Position numbers and translations under genes: made by a program. The notes below the pieces were generated by a model. The model did no database searches. It saw only the letters and a program-made list of their open reading frames with translations, and was not told the DNA's origin. A stretch of DNA of 64,000 bases from a virus, in IMG/VR virus record IMGVR_UViG_3300045988_145033, positions 32,001 to 96,000 of that record. The stretch is one strand, 5' to 3'. This document shows, one piece after another, positions 29,901-38,093 of the stretch; the first letter of the stretch is position 1, and every line of letters starts with the position of its first letter.

Positions 29901-32900
29901 TATAGCCATCTTTCTAGGAGCTTCTTTTATAAATCCAGTAAATCCTTTTGTAGCTTTTGTAAGTATTCCTTCTTTACCAGACTCTTTATCTCCTATAAGC
30001 CAAGTCTTTAAGTTTCCTAAGAAAGTTCCTTCTTCAGTTCCAAAAAGCATTTTTCTAAAACCTTTAGATTCCCCAGCTATAGATACAGCAAGTCCAGCAA
30101 GAGCCGCATTAACTGGTCCTATAAAACCAAGAGGTGTTGCAGCCGCAAGTATTCCAGAAAGTCCAGCAATAGCTCCACCTGTAACAAGTGCTCCTTTTGT
30201 AATTCTCATCATCTTAGCACGTGCTTCTTTAGCTTTTTCACTATTTCCAAATAATCTTTCAAATAAGTTAGACTTATAAGCATACACTCCAACTCCTAGA
30301 GCGAGAGCACCTAAAGCTAGAGGAGATGCAAGTCCTGTAAGTCCTATTATTGGACCAAACATTGACTTCTTCAAGAACTTGAAAGCTCCTATACCTGCCG
30401 CACCTATCATTGCGGCTTTTGATGCTTTCCATATAGTATCTTTATTATCTTCGTAAAAGTTCTTAGCTTTATCTTTCATATCTCCCATTTTTTCTTTAAA
30501 AGACTTAGCTGTATTTTCTACTCTTTCTTTCATTCTATCGACAGCTTCTGATTTACCAGATTCTATACCGTCAACAGTTCCATCATCTTTTAATTTAATA
30601 GAAGAAGCAACTGATGATACTGAATTTTTAGCATCTTTCCAAACAGACTTCGCTTTATCTATTTTTCCGTCAACGTTAATATCAGACCTTACTTGAAATC
30701 TATCTTTTAACTCAACTATCTTCTTTTTAAACCAGTTAGACGAATATATTATATCTTTAATTTCTTTTCTTATATCTTCGTCTTTCTTTTCTGGGTCTGT
30801 AAGTATTTCAAGTATTCTATCTTTATCTTTATCAGTCACATCGAATTTATCAAGTTCCATTTTAATAGATTCTATTTCTAAATTTCCGCCTATTATAGCA
30901 TCTATTGTAGCTTGGTGTCCTAGAATAGTATCAATAGAAAATACATCTGTATCCATCATATTTTTAAACCACTCTTTATCTTGAACTCCTATTCTTTCTC
31001 CAAGTTTAGTATTTCCTATATCAACTATAAAGTCCTTTATCTTATTTTTGAACATAGTTCCAGCTCTTCTATTATCTTTATAGAATTCATCTATAGATTT
31101 AATAGCATCTGGAGTTAGAGTTTCTCCTAATATATTTCCAACAAGTCCATCTTTATTCTTAAGAGATACCTTACCTTCATTCTTTAAAAGATATTCATAC
31201 TTAAACCCTAAAGATTCAAGTATCTTTTTCTTATCTTCTTCCGATACATTGCTACCGCCTCCAACTCCACCAGTTAGAAGTTGTTGAAATATAGCTTTAA
31301 GTCCTACGGCAGAACCTTCGTCTATAGAACCTGAGTTATTTAAAAGATGGATAACTCCATTATTTCTTGACTCTAAACTTTGCTCTCTAAAGAAATTATT
31401 AGAATCTCTTATCCAAGTTTCCATAGATTTATCAAGTGATGCGAACTGGTCGGCTCTATTTTTCTCAGCTTTATTCATCAAATCCACGAACTTATAAAAA
31501 TCTGATTTTGAAAGTTCATCAGACGATAAATTAAGATTTGATAGCAGTTGTCCGTAATCGTGTTCCTTGAAGTTAGTTAAAGTGTAACCCTTTTTAGATA
31601 GTTCTTCCATTACGATTTTAGTAAAATCATTAAGTCTTTGCTCATCTAAATTCTTCTTATCACCATCAGACATTTGAGATTTGAGCATTTCAGCTAGTTG
31701 TCTGTATTCGTACTTCATTGTAGGTCTATTATCTTCAAATTCTTTACGAACTGTAGATAATGTCTTAAACTGTCCTTTATTATAATCATACGTAGTTCTC
31801 TCATTTCCAGTTAAAGCTGAAGCAATAGATGATAGATATGTAGGAATTACTGTAACTATAGCTTCTCTTGTTATGCCATCGAAAAATACATGCTTTGATT
31901 TATCATACTTATCTGTACGAAGATTAGATTCAACGTCAGGTTTTATCATAACAGACCTACCGAAAGTAGATAAAGTTGCATTAGATGATAAAGATGCAGT
32001 TCTTGCTTGTTTATTAATAAAGTCTTGAGTTGTTCCAAATACTCTTTCTACCTTTTTAGCAATTTTATCTAGTCCAAATAGTTTATTAAGCTGATTGTCT
32101 ATAGCAAAGGCACGAAGTGCTGCAAATGGATTTGAACCGAATGCTTGCATAAGCATAGGAAGTGCAGCCATAGCAAGTCCCCAAGTTCCTTGAAACTTTT
32201 CTTGGTCGATAGCTCTACCTAATTCTCCACCTAAAGCCTTTACACCTTGTCCCATTTCCCCTTTACGAATAGCTTTATACCATTCTGGAATATAGTCTCC
32301 ACCTCTATCATCTTCTTTATTTATCTTAGGTAAATAGTAATCTGATAGCATTTCTTTTAATGCTTTATGCTCTGTAAGCATCTCTGTTTGTATAGCAAGT
32401 AACTTTTGTTGTATACCGACAGATTGAGTTAAGCTATCAGCCATAGTTCTATAATACATTTCATTTTTAAGCATTTGAGATTTAATATCAGAACTTGTAG
32501 CTACGAGTGTATTATTTATGGAAGTTGCTGTTTGCATAAATCCTTCCATCATCATCTTTTGCGATGCTTTAGTACCACCTTGTATACTTTTAGATAATCT
32601 TCCTACAGCGGCATATGTCGCTATACCGTTGGTAGCACCAACGGAAGGAGAGCTTTGTGAACTACTATCAGAAGACTCGCTATCTCTACTCGAATCCCCA
32701 CTCTCGAAGAAAAAGTCATCTTCACCAAAATCAAAGTCTGCATCAAGTCCATACATCTCATCTTCAGATTTATAGAATTTACCAGATTTAAGTCCAGCAA
32801 ACGCATTCTTTGTAAGAGATGATACGAATTGATAAAGAGATGATTGTTTTATTTTATTTTTAATTCCGGAAAAACCAGACGTATTTCTACTATCATTAAA

Positions 32901-33035
32901 CGCCTTATATCCAGCACGAACGTCTTTTGAGAAATTCATAGTATTTCCAAATGTATCTGACATATAATCAGCATACACATTTCTCATTGACATCTTGGCG
33001 TTATACATATAAGTCGATTCTTTTTTACCAGCCAT
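23946..33035 (-). CDS. giant (3029 aa) virion or tape-measure-like protein with one lytic transglycosylase domain and two papain-like peptidase domains
   Basis: SLT motif YSESTWQPDAYNSNGGASGLFQVM (about nt 25440-25530); Cys-His peptidase signatures DGTLCGLSALA...NLHYIVVY...DPD (about nt 28700-29100) and AGCGPAVMAMLL (about nt 24450-24940); long Lys/Glu coiled-coil tracts and Gly-rich hydrophobic segments. Confidence 0.8.
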   Translation of the reverse strand: MAGKKESTYMYNAKMSMRNVYADYMSDTFGNTMNFSKDVRAGYKAFNDSRNTSGFSGIKNKIKQSSLYQFVSSLTKNAFAGLKSGKFYKSEDEMYGLDADFDFGEDDFFFESGDSSRDSESSDSSSQSSPSVGATNGIATYAAVGRLSKSIQGGTKASQKMMMEGFMQTATSINNTLVATSSDIKSQMLKNEMYYRTMADSLTQSVGIQQKLLAIQTEMLTEHKALKEMLSDYYLPKINKEDDRGGDYIPEWYKAIRKGEMGQGVKALGGELGRAIDQEKFQGTWGLAMAALPMLMQAFGSNPFAALRAFAIDNQLNKLFGLDKIAKKVERVFGTTQDFINKQARTASLSSNATLSTFGRSVMIKPDVESNLRTDKYDKSKHVFFDGITREAIVTVIPTYLSSIASALTGNERTTYDYNKGQFKTLSTVRKEFEDNRPTMKYEYRQLAEMLKSQMSDGDKKNLDEQRLNDFTKIVMEELSKKGYTLTNFKEHDYGQLLSNLNLSSDELSKSDFYKFVDLMNKAEKNRADQFASLDKSMETWIRDSNNFFREQSLESRNNGVIHLLNNSGSIDEGSAVGLKAIFQQLLTGGVGGGSNVSEEDKKKILESLGFKYEYLLKNEGKVSLKNKDGLVGNILGETLTPDAIKSIDEFYKDNRRAGTMFKNKIKDFIVDIGNTKLGERIGVQDKEWFKNMMDTDVFSIDTILGHQATIDAIIGGNLEIESIKMELDKFDVTDKDKDRILEILTDPEKKDEDIRKEIKDIIYSSNWFKKKIVELKDRFQVRSDINVDGKIDKAKSVWKDAKNSVSSVASSIKLKDDGTVDGIESGKSEAVDRMKERVENTAKSFKEKMGDMKDKAKNFYEDNKDTIWKASKAAMIGAAGIGAFKFLKKSMFGPIIGLTGLASPLALGALALGVGVYAYKSNLFERLFGNSEKAKEARAKMMRITKGALVTGGAIAGLSGILAAATPLGFIGPVNAALAGLAVSIAGESKGFRKMLFGTEEGTFLGNLKTWLIGDKESGKEGILTKATKGFTGFIKEAPRKMAIWFRKDIWKPLSQTFTPIKEFMSNTASGIFKTITGIKGELTGSFTNDFVKPFFKTMKEKVIDPIAGVFKKIFGGMFKFIGRIIAAPFKMFRTLVTGRTDADDIADRRASFSASHTAKTPEGVKNVEAYENATRRKEDLYMRSEGMTDKDVQEASEFSESDKKLLLKMRAKDAKKAAIAKRMEGQDVQEVKDKTLDERLEAFRLKKRGKEIQADYLKKKAEADAKVDEAQKAKAKEEEGQSGKGIKGRSGALNLKGVAKDIAKSIKSKVIPNIGGDGTLCGLSALATALSRATGFSIKPEYLTKKSFGWTGSTNGVPASYIMSVARKFGIDATHVVNPKAGTFMSFMKGAFSGNCVIVELSDFETDNLHYIVVYFISSQGTVEYADPDRKPDMTVDIATLEAHAKQAIFFKEKQWKTLTNEEKITIGTMLAGAKAEEVGPKEAVVSSTTDENIKDMLEKGKKAYVNKIGEVIGKTMPEAEALKKGETTEEFLHKEGINVEEGKKGYVNAIKGWLKSKFGKKDPNEDEPEVLDENGNPIKVSMIKKMRDGVVNVAQKIKGGIQAFDKNMTQRSALAKYLGKRSELYILIKNWRKKYLEEAEKLRDTINLQTSSLAYNAEYIKRILVRKYGPIPGFGAKNVKNKHFSWLGQKFKNGWRRLKALPGALLSGLYNKLVRPVVSATMQTLGAMKLMFIKFPLWIAKSIWKHMALPVLSRIGGFVKGVFSSIKYWGTQMLLGLRMFAGKIWGGIKIFGRTLWNATFGLAWKLISNFPAIVMGAADRIGTIIDKGLDKIGRGITWLVTSVGKVFDWIYQRGKDLVTGVWNILFGRKNRTNKVWVEGGIIDNVRVVEVVKAVGAVDLEYAESMYNKLGYKEDFKSAMSGKRRKGKSPKMKDGAEYADIDKRQDKKDKEKKDKDGKVTLVQQVKDNGVLGTIAGAAASMFGSGGGGSKFLGNIFTKLGMQGLGSKIMGGAIVKALPAIGALVGGGALVAFANSSYGQQYENFINSTGRTGETVTHNIQQTGLRIAKNGLFKNEAFRKGAQNLAERGVKQITETAIGKWFKEFIEKMLRKLLNYKLTKAFAEKLLKKGGIEVVAKKMSKKAAKKAAKKTAKNVTRSASYALPPVGAIVDGIFAIYDFIHGWRHARDYFNVGSDYITTGMKFASGFVELLWGLASSKVWWLAAIPIDDMVVWFYEWVSGVDESEWKSKEALEAFNKEESDKEEAKKREEEELKEWGKSKYEEYKAKREEEANGDVDKTDYGYDPDADSDYDLKDPDYWKKRDEDAKKRKENQEKLKKQQEEKDKKEKEDIAKKNSKLYDKYKTDSDGYGAYQGFGPVTPDGKLTKVDTTTQEATKAKSDMQAMIDDDNASKFGDRYEFIKNFDIGATVKNLATSLGFNLDENGNVVAEDSSSGDFSGGNVITGVTKNMGLMQKAKNPQYRKQMKEMWDYAVSQWGVDVARNMLAVSYSESTWQPDAYNSNGGASGLFQVMKSYRKGWGFAPNELPGSFTPLEQLKRVGPRWIKGLGKYPPNLYNLYSYLHYPKSLGYHPDKPVYSRGSAEYKANHGMDKDGDGHVRGREVANFSASKYPSTKEAAQFMGFDGYVVDAFDPYSVTQKVKTSAKQQEGLKAGNEGFGPMKHVSQNSGKWNKLGMGGGLRFREAGCGPAVMAMLLDKLKIRYNMEDLVRKAVAMKSSPKAGTPMKYFVNILAEHKIRSVIFNDKVLARFVSELRAGRSPILLTVSSTGAPHFIIGKEMVNGKIYINDPEKNSSEQVSVNDKRLRMAKAILIYKEKASVKLAKKTASMVDIIKGAYGTFKEKVVEPVLAGYGRVSRDMTYNAAEQYTKTMNLSGKGSDDGVAKSSNSIALSTDKIKAGIQASAKHSQTQTGILNEINENLVKFINRSQGMEQNGETKLLEAILGELRNMNKLFATFIEAVTGKKTNLALNGYNVMTTVNGNPTPVTMGSSGMNSNDDFYKLIDRICKGKSI

Positions 33036-33091
33036 TAAATTACCTCCTTTAAAAGCTTATTTCATCAAAAAAATGTTTCTGACGAGTTTAA

Positions 33092-33112
33092 ATGGTAGGC
33101 TTTCGCCTACCA
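33092..33112. terminator. hairpin atggtaggc-tttc-gcctaccat, copy 3
   Basis: identical to 11331-11352. Confidence 0.45.
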
Positions 33113-33120
33113 AAATATAC

Positions 33121-35538
33121 TTATTCTTCTTGCCCTTCTTCTTTAAGATTATCTTTAAATGTAAGTTTATGAACTTTCCATTTTTCTTCAATTTGTTCAA
33201 GCTCTTCTGAATGGTCGTATGCTGGGAATAGTTCTTTTATAAGCTCTCTTCTTATAAATAGTTTCTTCTCAGCAGATAATGTGTCTTCTTCTCCATAATA
33301 CATTTTCATTATATTATTTAAACTTTCTTCAAACTTCTGAGCATTTTCGTTAGATATATTAGAAGTTAAAAGTTTAGGAACAGGGAATGTTATATCAACA
33401 TGTGTATCATCTTCTCCAGTTTCATATCTTGCTATCTTAGTTGCAAGTTCTGTAGCCATAGGAGCATAATGCACTTGAAGATTAGTTATCATTTGTACAA
33501 GTCTTCCGTCTTGAGCTATAATAGATGTAGCATAATCGTATGTCTTTTCTGCTTGATTAAGAGTTGACATAGGGAAACCTACTATATCTTCTATTATAGT
33601 TTCAAGGTTTTTCATAAAATCATCATTTGAATTATCATACTTTTGACCTTCTATTCTGTCTACTGAGAATAACTCATTACCAGCTTTATCCACAGGAATT
33701 AAAAGTCTTCCAATAGTTGCCATAGATGAGTGTACTCTTGTGAAATCTGTAAGCTCAGACGGTAGCGGAAATAAATCTGTAAATATCTCCATGGCATCAT
33801 TTCTATCATTGAATAAGCTTTGTGCAAAAGTAGTTCTGTATTTTATAGCAAGTTTATCCTTTTCATAGAATAGTTTTGTCATCATCTTATCTTGTTGTAA
33901 AAGTGTCCAGAATAGAATAGGAATTCTTGCGTATAAAAGTTTAGATTTTCCTATACCATTATTTGATTCTTCATTTTGAAAAGGAACTAAATATTTTCTA
34001 GGTATAAATCTTATTCTAAATTGAGACTTATACATATCGTTTTCTTCTAGCACTTTAAGCATAGAACCTAGTATTCTTCTATTTTCTGTAACGAAGTTAG
34101 CATCCATATGCTCAGTTAATATATTAGAAAGTCCTTCTATTATATCCTTTCTTACTATAGGATTATCTTTGTAATCTCCACTATCTCCAAACTTATTAGA
34201 ACCTAATACGTTATTTATAGTATTAGAATATGATTTATTAGCAGCATAATCCATAAATGTATCTATATAGTAAACTCCTATAAGTTCCTTATTTACTATA
34301 ACTGGATAAGTCTTCTCATCATCAAGAGGAGATACATAACAACCAGTCATATCTTTTATCTTAGATTTTCTTTTAGACTTTGTACTTCTTTTAAGCTCAG
34401 CCAGTGCCTTTTTGTATTCAGCATCATCAGTTGCTTCAGCATATAGTTTACTTATTTTAGCTTGTTTTACAACTTCTCTTTTATCAGCTCTTGTTGTCAA
34501 AAAGCTTTCATTTGACTCTCCCATAAGTCTCATATGAATACTATGAGCTATCTTTTCTTTATGATTAGGAGAATATACAGATTCTGTAAAGAATTGAGAA
34601 GCTAACTTTTCTTTTGTTTCCACACTCTTGTCTATAGGTTTTGCAAATGATTCCGAATAAGTCTCGTAAACTCTACTATATTTTCCCATACCAAAAGCTT
34701 CATCTATAGCATCGTATAGAGTTGACATTATCTCTCTTCTTTGAGTAGAAGTTCCATTATATGATTCTCTATATAGTTTTACATAATTTGCAGGAATTAC
34801 GATATTTTCACTTTCTCCATAAAAAACTACGTCTTCTATCTTATCTATATGAGACATACCATAAAGTTGTGGTTGCCCACCCGGTATAACTCTTTGTCCT
34901 TGAGCCATCTTACCCTCTATTATTTGTCTTTGCTCAACCTTACTTCCTGATACTCTATCAAGTAATTTCTTTGCTACATTTTGTAAAGGTATGAGTTCTA
35001 TAAATCTATAACCTAGCTCTAAACTTGCAAGTATGCTATCGTTTACAAGTTTATATAAACCTCTTTCTTCAAGTATTGCATTTATATCAGATTGTGTAAA
35101 AGCACTATCAGATTTTAAATAAATGTCTTGTATAAGTTCTTCTTCTGAGTAGTTATCAGGAGACATAATAAATTTAGTTAGGTTTGCAAATGTATTATGT
35201 AGCTGAGGCATTTGAGTAAGCATATAGTTTGACTCACGAATAAGTCTAGTTCTTTCATTATAAGGAATAGAGTGTACATATCTTTTACCCATATTCTCCA
35301 TAACTTCTACAAATTGATTTTCAAGGTCAGTTTCCTTTCCTCTTATTCTTGAACGTGCTTCTACTATATTACCTTGTCCTGCTGTTGATTCTATTGACGA
35401 TTGTACAAAATTAAAGCCTATATCATCTGAACTATCCATAAGCTTACCTATATCTGTAGTAATACCAAAAACTTTAGACGTCGTTTTATCCCTAAGTTTT
35501 AGGTATTGTTCTTCATTCTCTTGTCTATTAAGTGGCAT
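33121..35538 (-). CDS. hypothetical protein (805 aa)
   Basis: long ORF with SD AAAGGAGGAAATAAT. Confidence 0.7.
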   Translation of the reverse strand: MPLNRQENEEQYLKLRDKTTSKVFGITTDIGKLMDSSDDIGFNFVQSSIESTAGQGNIVEARSRIRGKETDLENQFVEVMENMGKRYVHSIPYNERTRLIRESNYMLTQMPQLHNTFANLTKFIMSPDNYSEEELIQDIYLKSDSAFTQSDINAILEERGLYKLVNDSILASLELGYRFIELIPLQNVAKKLLDRVSGSKVEQRQIIEGKMAQGQRVIPGGQPQLYGMSHIDKIEDVVFYGESENIVIPANYVKLYRESYNGTSTQRREIMSTLYDAIDEAFGMGKYSRVYETYSESFAKPIDKSVETKEKLASQFFTESVYSPNHKEKIAHSIHMRLMGESNESFLTTRADKREVVKQAKISKLYAEATDDAEYKKALAELKRSTKSKRKSKIKDMTGCYVSPLDDEKTYPVIVNKELIGVYYIDTFMDYAANKSYSNTINNVLGSNKFGDSGDYKDNPIVRKDIIEGLSNILTEHMDANFVTENRRILGSMLKVLEENDMYKSQFRIRFIPRKYLVPFQNEESNNGIGKSKLLYARIPILFWTLLQQDKMMTKLFYEKDKLAIKYRTTFAQSLFNDRNDAMEIFTDLFPLPSELTDFTRVHSSMATIGRLLIPVDKAGNELFSVDRIEGQKYDNSNDDFMKNLETIIEDIVGFPMSTLNQAEKTYDYATSIIAQDGRLVQMITNLQVHYAPMATELATKIARYETGEDDTHVDITFPVPKLLTSNISNENAQKFEESLNNIMKMYYGEEDTLSAEKKLFIRRELIKELFPAYDHSEELEQIEEKWKVHKLTFKDNLKEEGQEE

Positions 35539-35584
35539 ATTATTTCCTCCTTTTGAGTTACTTTAAAACTAAAGTGGTGTTTGT

Positions 35585-35606
35585 GATACTCCCGCTAGGG
35601 AGTATC
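35585..35606. terminator. hairpin gatactccc-gcta-gggagtatc
   Basis: 9-bp stem. Confidence 0.45.
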
Positions 35607-38012
35607 ATATTGTAGGGTTTTACTTTCTATAGATATATGAAAATTACCAACTTTTGGAACTTTTACATCATACTCAAATACGAATACATCATCAGAATGT
35701 ACAGTACAAGTAACTTCATCTGACAGGAATATATGCGTTCTTGCCGTTACATCTATCTTCTTATTATCCATTTTAATAGTAGTTATAATATTAGGATTTT
35801 TAGATACTTCATCTATTGTATCTTTATTTATGAATTTACAAGATACTATTTCTTTCTTTAAAAATCTATTAGGTTTTATATAGTCTTCTATATGGTTTTT
35901 ATATTCACCATCTATTTTAACTATATAACCGTCTTCATCTTCTTTTAAAGTAAATAATTCTCCTAATGATTTATAAGGAAATTTACTATCGGGAGTGAAT
36001 GTAACTTCATATAGTGAACCATTTATAACTTGACGAGATACATTATTTCTTATATGAAATGATGATAAATTAGATACAACTCCCGCTTTAATATCAGAAG
36101 CATCTACTTTTGTATTATCAAGTCTTCCTAAAACCTTTCTTACAGCTTCGGCATATTTAAACTCATCTTTTCCTAAGAATAATGTATATGCTGGAGTTTC
36201 TTCTCTTACATATGGTTTATTTGTAGCTATATTATATGTAAACGATGCTATCTCTTTTGCTGTAGGAAGATTAAAGAATGCTGTTCCTATTATATCTACG
36301 TCTTTATCAATAAGTGCTTGTATCCCTTTTTCTACAGGTATTTCCTTTTCTTCATTTAGTTCTATTTTTTCTATTCTACCGTCTAAGCTATCTTTTGATA
36401 CATTAGTGTGCTCAACTATCATAGGATACATAGACAGAGCATCTGCGTCCATGACTTTATTTAAGAATTTATTATTAGGTAAATCATCTAAAAATGGAGT
36501 CATTTCCTTTTTAAATTTATTAGGGTCAGAACATAATCCGCCTGCTATTTGTATTCTATTTGTAAGAACGTCATATGTACTTTCAATAGCATCATCTACT
36601 TCACGTAGTCTTTCTATTATTCTCTCAGCAGATTCATTCTTTGTCATAATAAGCTTATTAACATCATTAGACATTATATATCCCATTCTCTTACATAAGT
36701 GGAAGAATGTATTGGTAACTGAAGTCATAGGAGAGTAAACTCTATCAAACTCAGTTCTTACTATAAATCTTCTAGTTAAAAGTGAAGATATATCATCTGT
36801 CTTTATATCATTAAATGCCATAACTATAACGTCAATCATATTGTACATTACATAAACCCAATAATCTTCATAAGGAAGTTTACCGATAAAGTCAGTTATG
36901 TGAGCATATGATAGTTTACCAAAACCTAACTCATGCTTTGATATAGCGTCTAAGCTCTCTCTTTCTAATTGGTCTTGTGGACGAAGTCCAAAGTAACTTT
37001 GTTGTACATCTACTATCTTAGTAAAAGACTCTGAATTATAATTGTGTCTTCTCTTAGCGGCTTTAGGGTCTTCGTTTCTATAGTTAAAATCAAATCTATT
37101 TCCAACTTTAGGGTGACAGAATAGCTTATGCTGAGGAATTCCTAATTTGTCTGCTCTATATTGTGTATGACGAACGTCGTATACAGCATTAAATATTCCA
37201 AGATACATAGGTTTATAAACTTGTATCATTTGATACCAACTGTCTTCTATCATCTCTTTTTCTGTATTATACCAAGATATAATAATCTTCATTTCTTCTA
37301 CAATCTTTTTAAATCTAGGAGCTAGAAGATTTCTAGTTTTATCGTCCATTTGAGCTTCATCTATTATCTTTAAAAGCATAGATTTAAACTCATCTTTAAA
37401 TTTATCTTCATTTTCTTTTATTTCGTGAAGTCTTTTAAAATCGTCTCTTATTATAGAAAATACATGACAAGTATTTGTACTATCATCATAATAAGTAGAG
37501 CAGGTAATAGGTTGAAGTTCTTCTATATCTGTATTTAAAACATCAGTTTCTATATCGTAATAACCTTTCTTTAAATTCTTAATAGGTGGTAAGTCATTAT
37601 AATCCTTGACTCCATCTTTTTCTTCATAACCTAAACTATCAAGATAATCCATTATTGCTAAATCTTCTATAAATAAGTCTGAGCCAATAGTTCTTCTATC
37701 TAAGAAAATATGGTCATATTTTATCTTCTTTTCTTTAAGTCCTCTTTTAAACTTATCTCCCATATTTAAAATCTTAGCTATATCGAAACCTCTCCATTTA
37801 TAAGATACTTTTTGTATAACTAGATTACCAAGAGATATAGTCTCTCTATAGTAATCTGGAGCATCTCCCTTTACAAAGTAAGCTGGTACTTTAGGGTGCT
37901 TTATTTTCTTTACATATTGCTTACCAGTTTCTGTATCGTACATAAATATATTATAAACATCTTCATCTTTATTATAATATGAGTTATAGAATAAATCTTT
38001 TGCTTTCTCCAT
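35595..38012 (-). CDS. family B DNA polymerase, N-terminal half (3'-5' exonuclease domain plus palm motif A)
   Basis: Exo I YYDIETD, Exo II-like IFNAVYD, Exo III YNMID, motif A DADALSMYPMI (DxxSLYPS); likely start is the ATG at 38012 after GAGGTGATTGAT (the listed ORF begins at a GTG at 38021). Confidence 0.75.
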   Translation of the reverse strand: MEKAKDLFYNSYYNKDEDVYNIFMYDTETGKQYVKKIKHPKVPAYFVKGDAPDYYRETISLGNLVIQKVSYKWRGFDIAKILNMGDKFKRGLKEKKIKYDHIFLDRRTIGSDLFIEDLAIMDYLDSLGYEEKDGVKDYNDLPPIKNLKKGYYDIETDVLNTDIEELQPITCSTYYDDSTNTCHVFSIIRDDFKRLHEIKENEDKFKDEFKSMLLKIIDEAQMDDKTRNLLAPRFKKIVEEMKIIISWYNTEKEMIEDSWYQMIQVYKPMYLGIFNAVYDVRHTQYRADKLGIPQHKLFCHPKVGNRFDFNYRNEDPKAAKRRHNYNSESFTKIVDVQQSYFGLRPQDQLERESLDAISKHELGFGKLSYAHITDFIGKLPYEDYWVYVMYNMIDVIVMAFNDIKTDDISSLLTRRFIVRTEFDRVYSPMTSVTNTFFHLCKRMGYIMSNDVNKLIMTKNESAERIIERLREVDDAIESTYDVLTNRIQIAGGLCSDPNKFKKEMTPFLDDLPNNKFLNKVMDADALSMYPMIVEHTNVSKDSLDGRIEKIELNEEKEIPVEKGIQALIDKDVDIIGTAFFNLPTAKEIASFTYNIATNKPYVREETPAYTLFLGKDEFKYAEAVRKVLGRLDNTKVDASDIKAGVVSNLSSFHIRNNVSRQVINGSLYEVTFTPDSKFPYKSLGELFTLKEDEDGYIVKIDGEYKNHIEDYIKPNRFLKKEIVSCKFINKDTIDEVSKNPNIITTIKMDNKKIDVTARTHIFLSDEVTCTVHSDDVFVFEYDVKVPKVGNFHISIESKTLQYDTP

Positions 38013-38022
38013 ATCAATCACC

Positions 38023-38042
38023 TCAAATCGCTGTTTTTCACA
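38023..38042 (-). promoter_or_regulatory. class B motif (sense TGTGAAAAACAGCGATTTGAGGTG)
   Basis: same motif as upstream of the other polymerase half. Confidence 0.5.
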
Positions 38043-38093
38043 TCTAAAATATTAAAAACACCAAATTATTATAAAAATAAGGAGGTTTTATAA

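Noticed and set aside
24387-30279. Several 65-200-aa plus-strand ORFs (e.g. 24661-25068, 27040-27474, 28492-28773, 29668-30279) lying inside the 9-kb minus-strand gene
   Set aside because: They are antisense to a continuous 3029-aa ORF with clear domains, have no SDs, and their translations are Ser/Leu/Phe-rich, which is typical of the reverse frame of Lys/Glu-rich coding sequence.
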